Below are positions 1 through 11,862 of a stretch of DNA of 64,000 bases, one piece after another; the stretch's first letter is position 1; the number at the start of each line of letters is the position of its first letter. The notes below the pieces were generated by a model that saw nothing but the letters and a program-made list of their open reading frames with translations, was not told the origin of the DNA and made no database searches. Made by a program: the position numbers and the translations under genes. The stretch lies in sequence record MG592456.1, one strand, 5' to 3'.

Positions 1-2305
<2,305 letters not shown>

Positions 2306-2306
2306 T

Positions 2307-2314
2307 TATAAATA
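2307..2314 (+). promoter_or_regulatory. T4-type late promoter TATAAATA upstream of gene 18
   Basis: Exact TATAAATA in the 17-18 intergenic gap. Confidence 0.8.
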
Positions 2315-2350
2315 TCGTAGAACACATAAACTTATGGTAAGGAAATACAA

Positions 2351-4354
2351 ATGGCATTATTGAGCCCGGGTATTGAGAACAAAGAGATTAACCTTTCGAG
2401 TGCTATTGGCAGTGCCTCTACAGGTCGCGCTGCTATGGTGGGAAAATTTGAGTGGGGTCCGGCTTATCGAATCACTCAAGTGACCTCAGAGTCGGACTTG
2501 GTTACTCTATTTGGCCGCCCAAATGACTACACCGCAGCTTCATTTATGACTGCAAACAACTTCTTAAAGTATGGTAATGACTTGCGCCTTGTACGTATCT
2601 GTGATGAAGCTACGGCACAGAACGCTACTGCTCTTTATCATTCAATCAACTACACCTTAGGCGCATCTAACGGCTGTGTGGTAGGTGACGAGATTACAAT
2701 TAACTATTCAGGCGTTGGTGACTTAGTTGCGACTGGTACCGTACTTGAAGTAGACACCACAAATAACAACGCTGCTGTGCGTATATCACTGCCAAGTGCA
2801 GAGATCATCGCTGCTGCAAAGGCTGATGGCAACTACCCAGCAACGGGTACAATCTCATTGCTACCAACGCAGGGCGATATTACCGTAACTTCTACAAGCA
2901 TTAACACGGATGGGTCGGTTTACTTCCCTAACGTGGATTTTGCAAATGGCGCAATGACCAACATCACTGACGGTGAATTTGCGGATCTTTCTGCTAAACA
3001 GGGATTCCCGCGCATTGCTTCGCGTTATGTCGGTGCATTCGGTGACAATCTTTCTGTAGAAATCATCAATTACGCTGACTATCAAGCCGCATACACATTC
3101 CAAGCTGGAAAATCTGCGGGTGATATCGATTTGCCTGTATTCCCTGAGGGTGGAACTCGTTCAGTTAACTTAGCTAGCTATTTTGATTTCGGACCGAATA
3201 ACAGCAATCAATATGCCGTTATTGTTCGCGTATCAGGTGAAGTAGAAGAAGCGTTCGTCGTTTCAACTCAACCGGGTGATAAAGACGTGAATGGTCAATC
3301 AATTTACATTGATGAGTATTTTGAAAACAGCGGCTCGCAGTACATCATGGCTGTTTCGGAAGACTGGGTGACTCAATCTGCTGCATACAACTACGGTGGT
3401 GGGTTTGATTCAGACGCAGGTGCAGATGATTGGATCTTCGGGTTGGATATGCTATCAGATCCAGAGGTTCTATACACAAACTTAATCATTGCGGGTAATG
3501 CTGCTGCTGAAGAAGTAGCTATTGCATCAACCGTGCAGAAATACGCTATCGACTCTGTTGCTAATGTTCGTCAAGATTGTATTGTGTTCGTGTCGCCTCC
3601 TGCGGAGCACGTAATTAACAAGCAATCTGGCACAGCAGTGAATAACATTGTTGGGTGGCGTACGGGTATCAACCCAGCTAATGGCGACGTGGTAGAAGAT
3701 AACTTGAATGTTAGCACGACTTATGCGGTGATCGATGCCAACTATAAATATCAATATGATAAGTATTCAGATCGAAATCGCTGGGTTCCTCTAGCAGGCG
3801 ACATTGCGGGTCTTTGTGCTTACACCGATCAAGTTTCGCAGCCTTGGATGTCACCAGCGGGATTCAATCGCGGTCAAATTAAAGGCGTTAATCGTCTAGC
3901 GATTGATTTACGTCGCGCCCAACGTGATGCACTATATCAAGTGGGAATCAACCCAGTGGTTGGATTTGCTGGACAAGGGTTCATACTGTATGGTGATAAG
4001 ACGGCTACGCAGCAAGCAAGTGCATTTGATCGTATTAACGTACGTCGTTTGTTCAACTTGCTGAAGAAAGCAATTTCTGAATCTGCTAAGTATCGCCTAT
4101 TCGAACTGAATGACGAGTTTACTCGTTCAAGCTTCAAGTCAGAAATCGATGCATACTTGACAAACATTCAAGATCTTGGTGGAATCTACGATTTCCGTGT
4201 TGTTTGTGACACTACGAATAACCCAGGTACTGTTGTTGACGCAAACCAGTTCGTAGCTAGTATCTACGTTAAACCGGCTCGCTCGATTAACTTCATTACA
4301 CTGAACTTCGTCGCGACATCTACGGATGCTGACTTTGATGAAATCATCGGCTAA
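2351..4354 (+). CDS. 18: Tail sheath protein
   Basis: MALLSPGIENKE N-terminus, WMSPAGFNRG, FDRINVRRLF, YVKPARSINFITLNF. Confidence 0.97.
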   Translation: MALLSPGIENKEINLSSAIGSASTGRAAMVGKFEWGPAYRITQVTSESDLVTLFGRPNDYTAASFMTANNFLKYGNDLRLVRICDEATAQNATALYHSINYTLGASNGCVVGDEITINYSGVGDLVATGTVLEVDTTNNNAAVRISLPSAEIIAAAKADGNYPATGTISLLPTQGDITVTSTSINTDGSVYFPNVDFANGAMTNITDGEFADLSAKQGFPRIASRYVGAFGDNLSVEIINYADYQAAYTFQAGKSAGDIDLPVFPEGGTRSVNLASYFDFGPNNSNQYAVIVRVSGEVEEAFVVSTQPGDKDVNGQSIYIDEYFENSGSQYIMAVSEDWVTQSAAYNYGGGFDSDAGADDWIFGLDMLSDPEVLYTNLIIAGNAAAEEVAIASTVQKYAIDSVANVRQDCIVFVSPPAEHVINKQSGTAVNNIVGWRTGINPANGDVVEDNLNVSTTYAVIDANYKYQYDKYSDRNRWVPLAGDIAGLCAYTDQVSQPWMSPAGFNRGQIKGVNRLAIDLRRAQRDALYQVGINPVVGFAGQGFILYGDKTATQQASAFDRINVRRLFNLLKKAISESAKYRLFELNDEFTRSSFKSEIDAYLTNIQDLGGIYDFRVVCDTTNNPGTVVDANQFVASIYVKPARSINFITLNFVATSTDADFDEIIG

Positions 4355-4384
4355 TTGAATCACACGAGGGGGATTTATCCCCTT

Positions 4385-4391
4385 CTAAATA
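4385..4391 (+). promoter_or_regulatory. Late promoter variant CTAAATA upstream of gene 19, directly after a short hairpin
   Basis: The same CTAAATA variant recurs upstream of other late genes (minus strand 16414-16420, 18023-18029, 27476-27482; plus strand 40454-40460). Confidence 0.55.
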
Positions 4392-4405
4392 AAAGGTAAG
4401 AGAAA

Positions 4406-4903
4406 ATGTTAAATGTAGATAACATTAAACGAGCTTTTAGCAATGGAGATTTCGCTCGTCCGAACTTGTTCGAAGTCGAGATTCCGTTCCTAGGGCAGAA
4501 TTTTAAATTTCAATGTCGTGCATCATCAATGCCACCCGGCAATGTTGAAAAAGTCGAAGTATCATATCAGAACCGAAAGTATAACATCGCGGGTGATCGT
4601 ACATTTGACGATTGGAACGTGACGGTATACAACGATGAACTTCATGGCATTCGAAAAGCCATTCTGGAATGGCAAGCACGTGCAGTAGGTTTAGGTAAAG
4701 AAGTTTCTGGTGGAGCCCCCGAAGAGTACAAGCGTACGGGTACAATTACTCAGCTTGATCGAAATGGCGATCCAACAGCAACAGTGTCCGTGTTTGGGAT
4801 ATTTCCAACCGTAGTGGGAGAAATTGCACTTGATTGGGATTCAAACAACGAAATTGAAACGTTCGAAACGACTTTCAGCCTAGATTATTTCACGATAGTA
4901 TAA
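4406..4903 (+). CDS. 19: Tail tube protein
   Basis: GDFARPNLFEVEIP, IAGDRTFDDWNVT, LDWDSNNEIETFETTF. Confidence 0.95.
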   Translation: MLNVDNIKRAFSNGDFARPNLFEVEIPFLGQNFKFQCRASSMPPGNVEKVEVSYQNRKYNIAGDRTFDDWNVTVYNDELHGIRKAILEWQARAVGLGKEVSGGAPEEYKRTGTITQLDRNGDPTATVSVFGIFPTVVGEIALDWDSNNEIETFETTFSLDYFTIV

Positions 4904-4943
4904 TCTTTGAGGGGCTTTCGAGCCCCTTTTATTGAGGTAAGAT

Positions 4944-6488
4944 ATGTTAGATTTTATGAAATTTTGGGCGAAAGAAGAAGAACAGGAAATTAACGATCAA
5001 AGAGCAAATCCTGTGCGTTCGTTTTCTGCACCTGATAATACAGATGGTGCGAAAGAGATTCATACTAACCTGTTAGCTCCTCAAATGGGTGCCAATCATT
5101 TCCCCGTTGACACTGCCGCCGAAGGCACTATGCCCGTCAAGGAATTGATTGCGTCGTACCGAGCACTAGCAGAATATCATGAAGTTGATGACGCGATTCA
5201 AGAAATCGTTGATGAAGCTATCGTATATGAAAACGATAAAGAAGTTGTATGGTTGAATTTAGACAACACGAACTTCTCAGAAGCAATCAAAGCTAAGATT
5301 AATGAAGAATTTGACGCAGTAATCGGTCTTCTTCACATGCGAAAATTCGGCTACAAGTGGTTTCGAAAATGGTATGTCGATTCGCGCATTTATTTCCACA
5401 AAATCTTAGATAAAGAGAACAACATTATCGAATTGCGCCCACTGAATCCCATGAAAATGGAATTGGTTCGCGAAGTTCAAAAAGAAACAGTTGATGGGGT
5501 CGACGTTGTAGTTGGGACTCTCGAATATTACATTTATCGCCAGTCTGATTACAAAATGCCGTCGTGGATGGCTAGTACGAGATCTCAGTCCGCAATTCGC
5601 ATCCCAAGAGACGCGATTGTTTACGCTCATAGTGGATTAAACCGTGGTTGTGTTGATAACCCGTATATCATTGGGTATCTAGACCGCGCTATAAAGCCCG
5701 CTAACCAACTTAAAATGCTAGAAGATGCACTTGTCATCTATCGTCTAGCACGCGCCCCTGAGCGTCGTGTATTCTACGTTGACGTGGGCAACTTACCTAC
5801 GCAAAAAGCGCAGCAATACGTAAACAACATCATGCAGAACGTGAAAAATCGCGTGGTGTACGATTCGAATACGGGTAAAGTAAAAAATACAACGAATGCC
5901 ATGTCGATGCTGGAAGATTATTACCTACCGCGACGTGAGGGTTCAAAGGGTACTGAAGTTAGCACGTTACCGGGTGGTCAGTCATTAGGCGACATCGAAG
6001 ACGTATTATATTTCAACCGTAAGTTATACAAAGCAATGCGTATTCCAACATCGCGTGCGGCCTCTGAAGATCAGGGTGGTGGCATCAACTTTGGTGGCGG
6101 TTCGGAAATAACACGTGATGAATTGAAGTTCACTAAATTCATTAAGCGCTTGCAGACTAAATTCGAAACTGTAATTACCGACCCACTGCATCATCAGTTG
6201 ATTGTGAAAAACATTATCACTGAAGAAGAATGGGCAGCCAACTATGAAAAGTTATACGTCGTTTTCAACCAAGATTCATATTTCGAAGAATCTAAGGAAT
6301 TAGAGATTCTAAATAGTCGTATGAATGCGATGCGAGACGTCGGTGAATATGCAGGCAAATATTACAGTCATAAATACATTCAGAAGAACATCTTGAGACT
6401 CTCCGATGACCAAATTAATACGATGCAAATCGAGATTGATGAGGAAGAGAAGAATCCGAGATTCCAACCAGACGATCAGGGTTTTTAA
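4944..6488 (+). CDS. 20: Portal vertex protein
   Basis: LKMLEDALVIYRLARAPERRVFYVDVGNLP, MLEDYYLPRREG, EITRDELKF. Confidence 0.97.
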   Translation: MLDFMKFWAKEEEQEINDQRANPVRSFSAPDNTDGAKEIHTNLLAPQMGANHFPVDTAAEGTMPVKELIASYRALAEYHEVDDAIQEIVDEAIVYENDKEVVWLNLDNTNFSEAIKAKINEEFDAVIGLLHMRKFGYKWFRKWYVDSRIYFHKILDKENNIIELRPLNPMKMELVREVQKETVDGVDVVVGTLEYYIYRQSDYKMPSWMASTRSQSAIRIPRDAIVYAHSGLNRGCVDNPYIIGYLDRAIKPANQLKMLEDALVIYRLARAPERRVFYVDVGNLPTQKAQQYVNNIMQNVKNRVVYDSNTGKVKNTTNAMSMLEDYYLPRREGSKGTEVSTLPGGQSLGDIEDVLYFNRKLYKAMRIPTSRAASEDQGGGINFGGGSEITRDELKFTKFIKRLQTKFETVITDPLHHQLIVKNIITEEEWAANYEKLYVVFNQDSYFEESKELEILNSRMNAMRDVGEYAGKYYSHKYIQKNILRLSDDQINTMQIEIDEEEKNPRFQPDDQGF

Positions 6489-6501
6489 GGGGTAATAGAT
6501 A

Positions 6502-6669
6502 ATGAGTTTGGAAAACATGGTATCAGCAGCACGCGATGGTAAACTTGCAGAGTTTGAGGCTCAATTCAGTCGAGAAATCGGTCAGCGTGTCGCGTCTAGA
6601 ATTGATGATATGAAACAAGAAATTGGTCACTCAATCAAAGTAGACGGTGAAATCGTTCAGGGGGACTAA
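6502..6669 (+). CDS. 67: Prohead core protein gp67-like (55 aa, missed by the ORF track)
   Basis: Manual translation MSLENMVSAARDGKLAEFEAQFSREIGQRVASRIDDMKQEIGHSIKVDGEIVQGD; TAATG overlap with gene 68; canonical position between 20 and 68. Confidence 0.75.
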   Translation: MSLENMVSAARDGKLAEFEAQFSREIGQRVASRIDDMKQEIGHSIKVDGEIVQGD

Positions 6670-7160
6670 TGAAGTTCATAACAGAAGCAGTACAAGACAA
6701 AATCGTTGAAGATTTGGTTGGTGCAGTCAGCGAGGGGCACTTAGAACGCTCCGAGATCAGCGCGACTATTAAAGCATTTGCCGAATCTGAAGACATTGGT
6801 GTACACAGTAACAAAGAAATAACACACGACGTTGAAGTTGTGTTGGATGCTCTTAGTTCGCTTGAATCGGGGTTGACGTTTGAAGAGGTTTGCGAAAATC
6901 TCAATCTTACTGAAAAATTGGTTAAGCAAGTATCTGTTGCAAAGAAAAAAGCGGGTGGGAGTTTGATTAACAAACGAGTTGATCGAAAAACTGCAAAGCG
7001 TAAGGCGACTCAGACTACCGGATTGAGTAAAGCAGCTCGTACGAAATCAGCACGCAAAGCTGCCAAAACTCGCAAAAGAGCTAAAGGCACCAGTTCAGAT
7101 CGCAAGGCGAAAAAACTTCGAGCTAAGTCGATGAAGAAGCGTACTCAGATGGGGCTTTAA
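6669..7160 (+). CDS. 68: Prohead core protein gp68
   Basis: Acidic N-half and highly basic C-half (KRKATQTTGLSKAARTKSARKAAKTRK); position before 21. Confidence 0.85.
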   Translation: MKFITEAVQDKIVEDLVGAVSEGHLERSEISATIKAFAESEDIGVHSNKEITHDVEVVLDALSSLESGLTFEEVCENLNLTEKLVKQVSVAKKKAGGSLINKRVDRKTAKRKATQTTGLSKAARTKSARKAAKTRKRAKGTSSDRKAKKLRAKSMKKRTQMGL

Positions 7161-7162
7161 TT

Positions 7163-7801
7163 ATGGCTGACTTACAATTACTCATTGAAGACTGGGGCGT
7201 ATCGTCTTCGGATACTTCCGGCGAGGCTCCCCTTGTCGAGGCAAAGTTGCCTGAAAAGAAAGGCGGCGATTTGTATATTGAGGGTATTTTCATGCAATCG
7301 AACGTTGTCAACCGTAATGGTAGACGATATCCGAAAAAAGTCATGGAAAATGCCGTATCTAAATACATGCAAGAACAAGTCAACACGAATCAGGCGTTAG
7401 GCGAACTTAATCACCCTCAGAGATCGAATGTCGATCCTGCTGAAGCTGCTATCCGTATTACAGAACTGCACTGGGATGGGGATAACGTATTAGGTAAAGC
7501 TATCGTTCTAAATACACCGAAGGGACAAATTGTTCGGGCTCTAATCGAAGGTGGTTGGGTTCCCGGGGTAAGTTCACGAGGTCTAGGTTCAGTTAAGCAA
7601 GTTGACGGCATCAACGAAGTGCAAGACTTTCGTCTTACAGTCGGTGTTGATGTAGTTTGGGGCCCGAGTGCTCCTAGTGCTTACGTTAAACCTGTAACTG
7701 AGTCAAACGCAACTGCTAAAACGGTGAAAACAGAAGAAATTACTGAAAGTAATGACGCTGACTTTACGAAACTAGCGGAAACCTTAAAAACTCTCTTATA
7801 A
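7163..7801 (+). CDS. 21: Prohead protease
   Basis: LYIEGIFMQSNVVNRNGRRYP, ALGELNHP, GVSSRGLGS, DVVWGPSAPSA. Confidence 0.95.
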   Translation: MADLQLLIEDWGVSSSDTSGEAPLVEAKLPEKKGGDLYIEGIFMQSNVVNRNGRRYPKKVMENAVSKYMQEQVNTNQALGELNHPQRSNVDPAEAAIRITELHWDGDNVLGKAIVLNTPKGQIVRALIEGGWVPGVSSRGLGSVKQVDGINEVQDFRLTVGVDVVWGPSAPSAYVKPVTESNATAKTVKTEEITESNDADFTKLAETLKTLL

Positions 7802-7804
7802 ATA
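7797..7804 (+). promoter_or_regulatory. Late promoter TATAAATA upstream of gene 22
   Basis: Exact consensus overlapping the gene 21 stop. Confidence 0.75.
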
Positions 7805-7832
7805 TATAAAACTATTTAAGGAATTGAAGAAG

Positions 7833-8681
7833 ATGCAAATCAAAGAGCAACTACTTGAAGCGGTATCACAAGATGATACTAAAATCACTACTGCTTTAGA
7901 TGGCATTTTTGAATCAGTTGAACTTTCCGAAGATGTTCGTACGAAGTTCAGCACTGTATTTGAAAGTGTTATCAAAACAAAAGCCGTTGAGCTTGCAGAA
8001 GCACATATTGCCGAAGCTGCTACAAAGGCTGAAGCAATTATCACTGAACATAAGGAAGAGCTAAACGAAGCCGCTGAAAAGTACGGTGAACATTTAGCAG
8101 AGCAAATGTCCAATAAACTAGATTCATACTTGGATCATGTTGTTGATGCATGGATGGCAGAAAATAAACTTGCTGTTGAAAATGGTCTAAAAGTTTCGAT
8201 GTTTGATGGTTTGATGGAAGGCATGAAAAATGTATTCATCGAAAACAACGTAAATTGCCCAGATGAACAGATCGACATGATTGATACTCTTGAAGAGAAT
8301 ATCACTGATCTCGAAGCTCGTTTGGATGTGATGGTTGTTGAAAATCGCGGTCACAAAGAATTCGCAAACAAGGTTGAGAAAAAGTCAATCGTTGAGCGCG
8401 TGACGAAAGGTATGGCTGAGTCTCAAAAAGAGCAAGTTTCAGACCTAGCCGAATCAATTCGTTTCGATGAAAACTTCGAAGACAATCTTAACAGCGTAAT
8501 CAAATTCGCAGCCGGTATCAAACTTGCAGAAATGGAAGATGAAAAAGGCGACGAAGAAAAGAAAAAGCCTGAGCCAAAGAAAGACGGCGAAGACGACGCT
8601 GAAAAGAAAGACGAAGAAATGGAAGAGTCGACGGTCCCATCAATGGGCGCATATTTAAGAGCCACTCGTTCTACTCGATAA
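7833..8681 (+). CDS. 22: Prohead scaffolding/core protein
   Basis: Acidic coiled-coil, FSTVFESVIK, YLDHVVDAWMAENKLAVENG; between 21 and 23; ATG 7833 preferred over TTG 7824. Confidence 0.9.
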   Translation: MQIKEQLLEAVSQDDTKITTALDGIFESVELSEDVRTKFSTVFESVIKTKAVELAEAHIAEAATKAEAIITEHKEELNEAAEKYGEHLAEQMSNKLDSYLDHVVDAWMAENKLAVENGLKVSMFDGLMEGMKNVFIENNVNCPDEQIDMIDTLEENITDLEARLDVMVVENRGHKEFANKVEKKSIVERVTKGMAESQKEQVSDLAESIRFDENFEDNLNSVIKFAAGIKLAEMEDEKGDEEKKKPEPKKDGEDDAEKKDEEMEESTVPSMGAYLRATRSTR

Positions 8682-8705
8682 GCAAATAAGCATCATTTGA
8701 CGCTA

Positions 8706-8713
8706 TATAAATA
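8706..8713 (+). promoter_or_regulatory. Late promoter TATAAATA upstream of gene 23
   Basis: Exact consensus. Confidence 0.8.
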
Positions 8714-8751
8714 CTTTTGTAAATTTTAGAATTAATCAAGGAATCACTAAG

Positions 8752-10296
8752 ATGAACCTAACTGAAAAATGGAAAGACTTGCTTGAAGCAGACGGTGCGG
8801 AAATGCCAGAGATTGCGACAGCGACTAAACAAAAAATCATGGCGAAGATTTTCGAAAACCAAGATAACGATATCAATCGTGATCCTATGTATCGTGATCA
8901 ACAGCTAGTTGAAGCATTCAACTCTGGTTTAACCGAAGCAGTTGTTAACGGTGACCACGGTAGCGCTTCTAACATCGCTCAAGGTGTAACCACTGGTGCT
9001 GTAACAAACATCGGTCCTACCGTAATGGGCATGGTTCGCCGCGCTATTCCACAGCTTATCGCTTTCGATATTGCTGGTGTACAGCCAATGACTGGACCAA
9101 CTTCTCAAGTGTTTACACTTCGAAGCGTGTACGGTAAAGATCCACTTACTGGCAAAGAAGCATTCCACCCGATTCATCAAGCTGATGCATCGTTCTCTGG
9201 TCAAGCTGCTGCTAGTGCAATCGCTTTATTCCCAGTTGCTACCCCTGCTATTGACGGTACTCCGTATCAAGCGCAAGTAACGACTGCTGGTGGAACTGAA
9301 GATACTCGCTACTTCTTAGCATTATCAGACACCGTAACTCTTGCTGCTGAAGGTGTTATGACTGCTGACGAATATGTTGCTGCTATCAGCAGTGGCCTAG
9401 TTGTTGAAGTTGATGCTGGCATGGCAACATCGCAAGCTGAATTACAAGAAAACTTCAACGGTTCGAGCGGTAACGATTGGAACGAAATGTCATTCCGCAT
9501 CGACAAGCAGGTTGTTGAAGCGAAATCACGCCAATTGAAAGCTCAATACTCAATTGAACTTGCTCAAGATTTACGCGCAGTACATGGCTTAGATGCTGAT
9601 GCTGAATTAAGCGGAATTCTTGCTAACGAAGTTATGGTCGAGCTTAACCGCGAAATCGTTAACTTAGTTAACTCACAAGCTCAAATCGGTAAGTCTGGAT
9701 GGACTAAAGGCGCTGGTGCTGCTGGTGTATTCGACTTCGCAGACGCTGTTGATGTTAAAGGCGCACGTTGGGCTGGTGAAGCTTACAAAGCTCTTTTAAT
9801 CCAAATCGAAAAAGAAGCAAACGAAATTGGTCGTCAGACTGGTCGTGGTAACGGTAACTTCATCATTGCATCGCGCAACGTAGTTTCTGCACTTGCGATG
9901 ACTGACACTCTTGTTGGCCCTGCTGCACAAGGTCTTCAAGACGGTTCTATGAACACTGATACAAACCAAACTGTATTCGCGGGTATTCTAGGTGGACGCT
10001 TTAAAGTGTACATTGACCAATACGCAGTGAACGATTACTTCACAGTTGGTTTCAAAGGTTCTACTGAAATGGACGCGGGTGTATTCTACTCTCCGTATGT
10101 ACCGTTAACTCCACTACGTGGATCAGACAGCAAGAACTTCCAACCAGTGATTGGTTTCAAGACCCGCTACGGTATCCAAGTTAACCCATTTGCTGACCCA
10201 GATGCTTCAGTGCAGAAGGTTGGTAACGGTGCTCCAGTTGCTGCTTCAATGCAACGCAACGCTTACTTCCGTCGCGTATTTGTTCGAGGCCTTTAA
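8752..10296 (+). CDS. 23: Major capsid protein
   Basis: RRAIPQLIAFDIAGVQPMTGPT, SRQLKAQYSIELAQDLRAVHGLDA, FYSPYVPL, FQPVIGFKTRYG. Confidence 0.98.
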   Translation: MNLTEKWKDLLEADGAEMPEIATATKQKIMAKIFENQDNDINRDPMYRDQQLVEAFNSGLTEAVVNGDHGSASNIAQGVTTGAVTNIGPTVMGMVRRAIPQLIAFDIAGVQPMTGPTSQVFTLRSVYGKDPLTGKEAFHPIHQADASFSGQAAASAIALFPVATPAIDGTPYQAQVTTAGGTEDTRYFLALSDTVTLAAEGVMTADEYVAAISSGLVVEVDAGMATSQAELQENFNGSSGNDWNEMSFRIDKQVVEAKSRQLKAQYSIELAQDLRAVHGLDADAELSGILANEVMVELNREIVNLVNSQAQIGKSGWTKGAGAAGVFDFADAVDVKGARWAGEAYKALLIQIEKEANEIGRQTGRGNGNFIIASRNVVSALAMTDTLVGPAAQGLQDGSMNTDTNQTVFAGILGGRFKVYIDQYAVNDYFTVGFKGSTEMDAGVFYSPYVPLTPLRGSDSKNFQPVIGFKTRYGIQVNPFADPDASVQKVGNGAPVAASMQRNAYFRRVFVRGL

Positions 10297-10317
10297 GCTT
10301 TAACAAACGACTGATAC

Positions 10318-10348
10318 AAAAAAAGACTCTTAATTGAGTCTTTTTTTT
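10318..10348. terminator. Bidirectional intrinsic terminator between gene 23 and the convergent endonuclease gene
   Basis: A-run GACTC-ttaatt-GAGTC T-run. Confidence 0.8.
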
Positions 10349-10362
10349 GGCTAAAATTCGAG

Positions 10363-11802
10363 TTATTCTAAAACGTACACAAGCAATCCACAATCCCATA
10401 TTCTGCGATAATTGTTCATATACATGTTTTCAGATTCGGTCAGCTCATCATTGAAGTGCATCTTGCGTTTTATGTCAGACCGCTTAAATCCACCTTTATG
10501 AAAAAGCCTATTTCCTTTCAGATACCAATATGTCGGTGGGGCGATATGAGATAGTTTGAACTGCAATGCATCGTAAACTCCACCCACAGACCAACGCCTA
10601 TTTGCATATGACACGATTACACCGTCATATCCCCGTCTAAACGCCCGGAGAAGCTTACTTGCCCCGCCATTGATACGAACGTCACTCTTTACGCAATATC
10701 GGTTTAATTCCCACGCATAGTTCGTTGAGCGTGGTTTGTTGAATGACATAACACTGACTAATTCACCGGCGTGATATAATCCATACATGTGAGTGGCATT
10801 GCACTTTCCTTGCAGATGATATTCATCGCAAAATTCACGGAATATATTACTACTGATTTTATCGACTGTACAATTTCTTGCATGTAAAACACGAGACGGG
10901 GATTTCAATATTGACGATAGGAACGCCTTGACTGATTTCATATTATCGGTGTCAAAGATATGAATCAATCGAATCCCAAGATCTGCACATCGTTCGGTCT
11001 TTTCGATATGATACTTGCTCATTCGATAATCATCGGATTTACTGGCGCTGCTGTGCCAATACGTCCCGTCATATTCAATTGCCAATTTAGCAGACGGTAT
11101 ATAAATGTCGAGTTCGCGCCCGCCAAGAATATCTCTATTGCTATATTCAGCATCAGGGCATATATTCTTAACAAATTCAAATAAGTCAATTTCAATTTTA
11201 CTGCGACTTCTTGACTTAAAACAACGAACGCACCCGACACCGTCATTTTTATGATCACTCGCACGCACTTGAAAATCTCCATGTACTTTACAAGTCACTG
11301 ATACCATGTCAGTTGCATATTCAAATGATACATTATCGTACGTGTACTCACTGTTGTGGCGTTCTGCTGCACCAGCCTTCCAATCATCAACAGATATTCG
11401 TGTTTTGTCGTTAGCGCACTTCGAACACCCATGAGATAGATGTGAATGCGGGATCACTTCGAAATCCCCATGAAGCGGGCAGCCGATTATGACTTTCTCC
11501 GTGAAAGACGTATATCCCATATGAGAATAATCATAATAATTCCCGTGTACGGCAATAGCACGCTCAATAAATTTCTCTTCGGTCACGATCTTACTGCGTG
11601 CGTTGTTTCGCGTTGAGCAAATATTACACCCACTGCCTTTAATGTGATTATACGCAGGAGTTAGGAAGAATTCATTACAATCCGGACATCCAACTTTGAC
11701 CTTAGCATCCCATCGAGTATATTCGACTTGACTGTAATCAAACTTATCGCCGTGCTTTGCAATCGCATCAGCAACCCATTGCTCTGTTGTTTTCTTCGCC
11801 AT
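10363..11802 (-). CDS. Hef-like free-standing homing endonuclease: three Zn-finger repeats, a Vsr/PD-(D/E)xK-like nuclease and a C-terminal GNAT/Mom-like domain
   Basis: Three HG..YDYS...C..HG.F...H...GC..C repeats; ELDIYIPSAKLAIEYDGTYWHS; WELNRYC...GGASKLL...IVSYANRRWSVGGVY. Confidence 0.75.
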   Translation of the reverse strand: MAKKTTEQWVADAIAKHGDKFDYSQVEYTRWDAKVKVGCPDCNEFFLTPAYNHIKGSGCNICSTRNNARSKIVTEEKFIERAIAVHGNYYDYSHMGYTSFTEKVIIGCPLHGDFEVIPHSHLSHGCSKCANDKTRISVDDWKAGAAERHNSEYTYDNVSFEYATDMVSVTCKVHGDFQVRASDHKNDGVGCVRCFKSRSRSKIEIDLFEFVKNICPDAEYSNRDILGGRELDIYIPSAKLAIEYDGTYWHSSASKSDDYRMSKYHIEKTERCADLGIRLIHIFDTDNMKSVKAFLSSILKSPSRVLHARNCTVDKISSNIFREFCDEYHLQGKCNATHMYGLYHAGELVSVMSFNKPRSTNYAWELNRYCVKSDVRINGGASKLLRAFRRGYDGVIVSYANRRWSVGGVYDALQFKLSHIAPPTYWYLKGNRLFHKGGFKRSDIKRKMHFNDELTESENMYMNNYRRIWDCGLLVYVLE

Positions 11803-11862
11803 TTTAACCTCAAAAATAGATGATACACAAGTATATCATCTATTTACTAATCAATCAATCAT

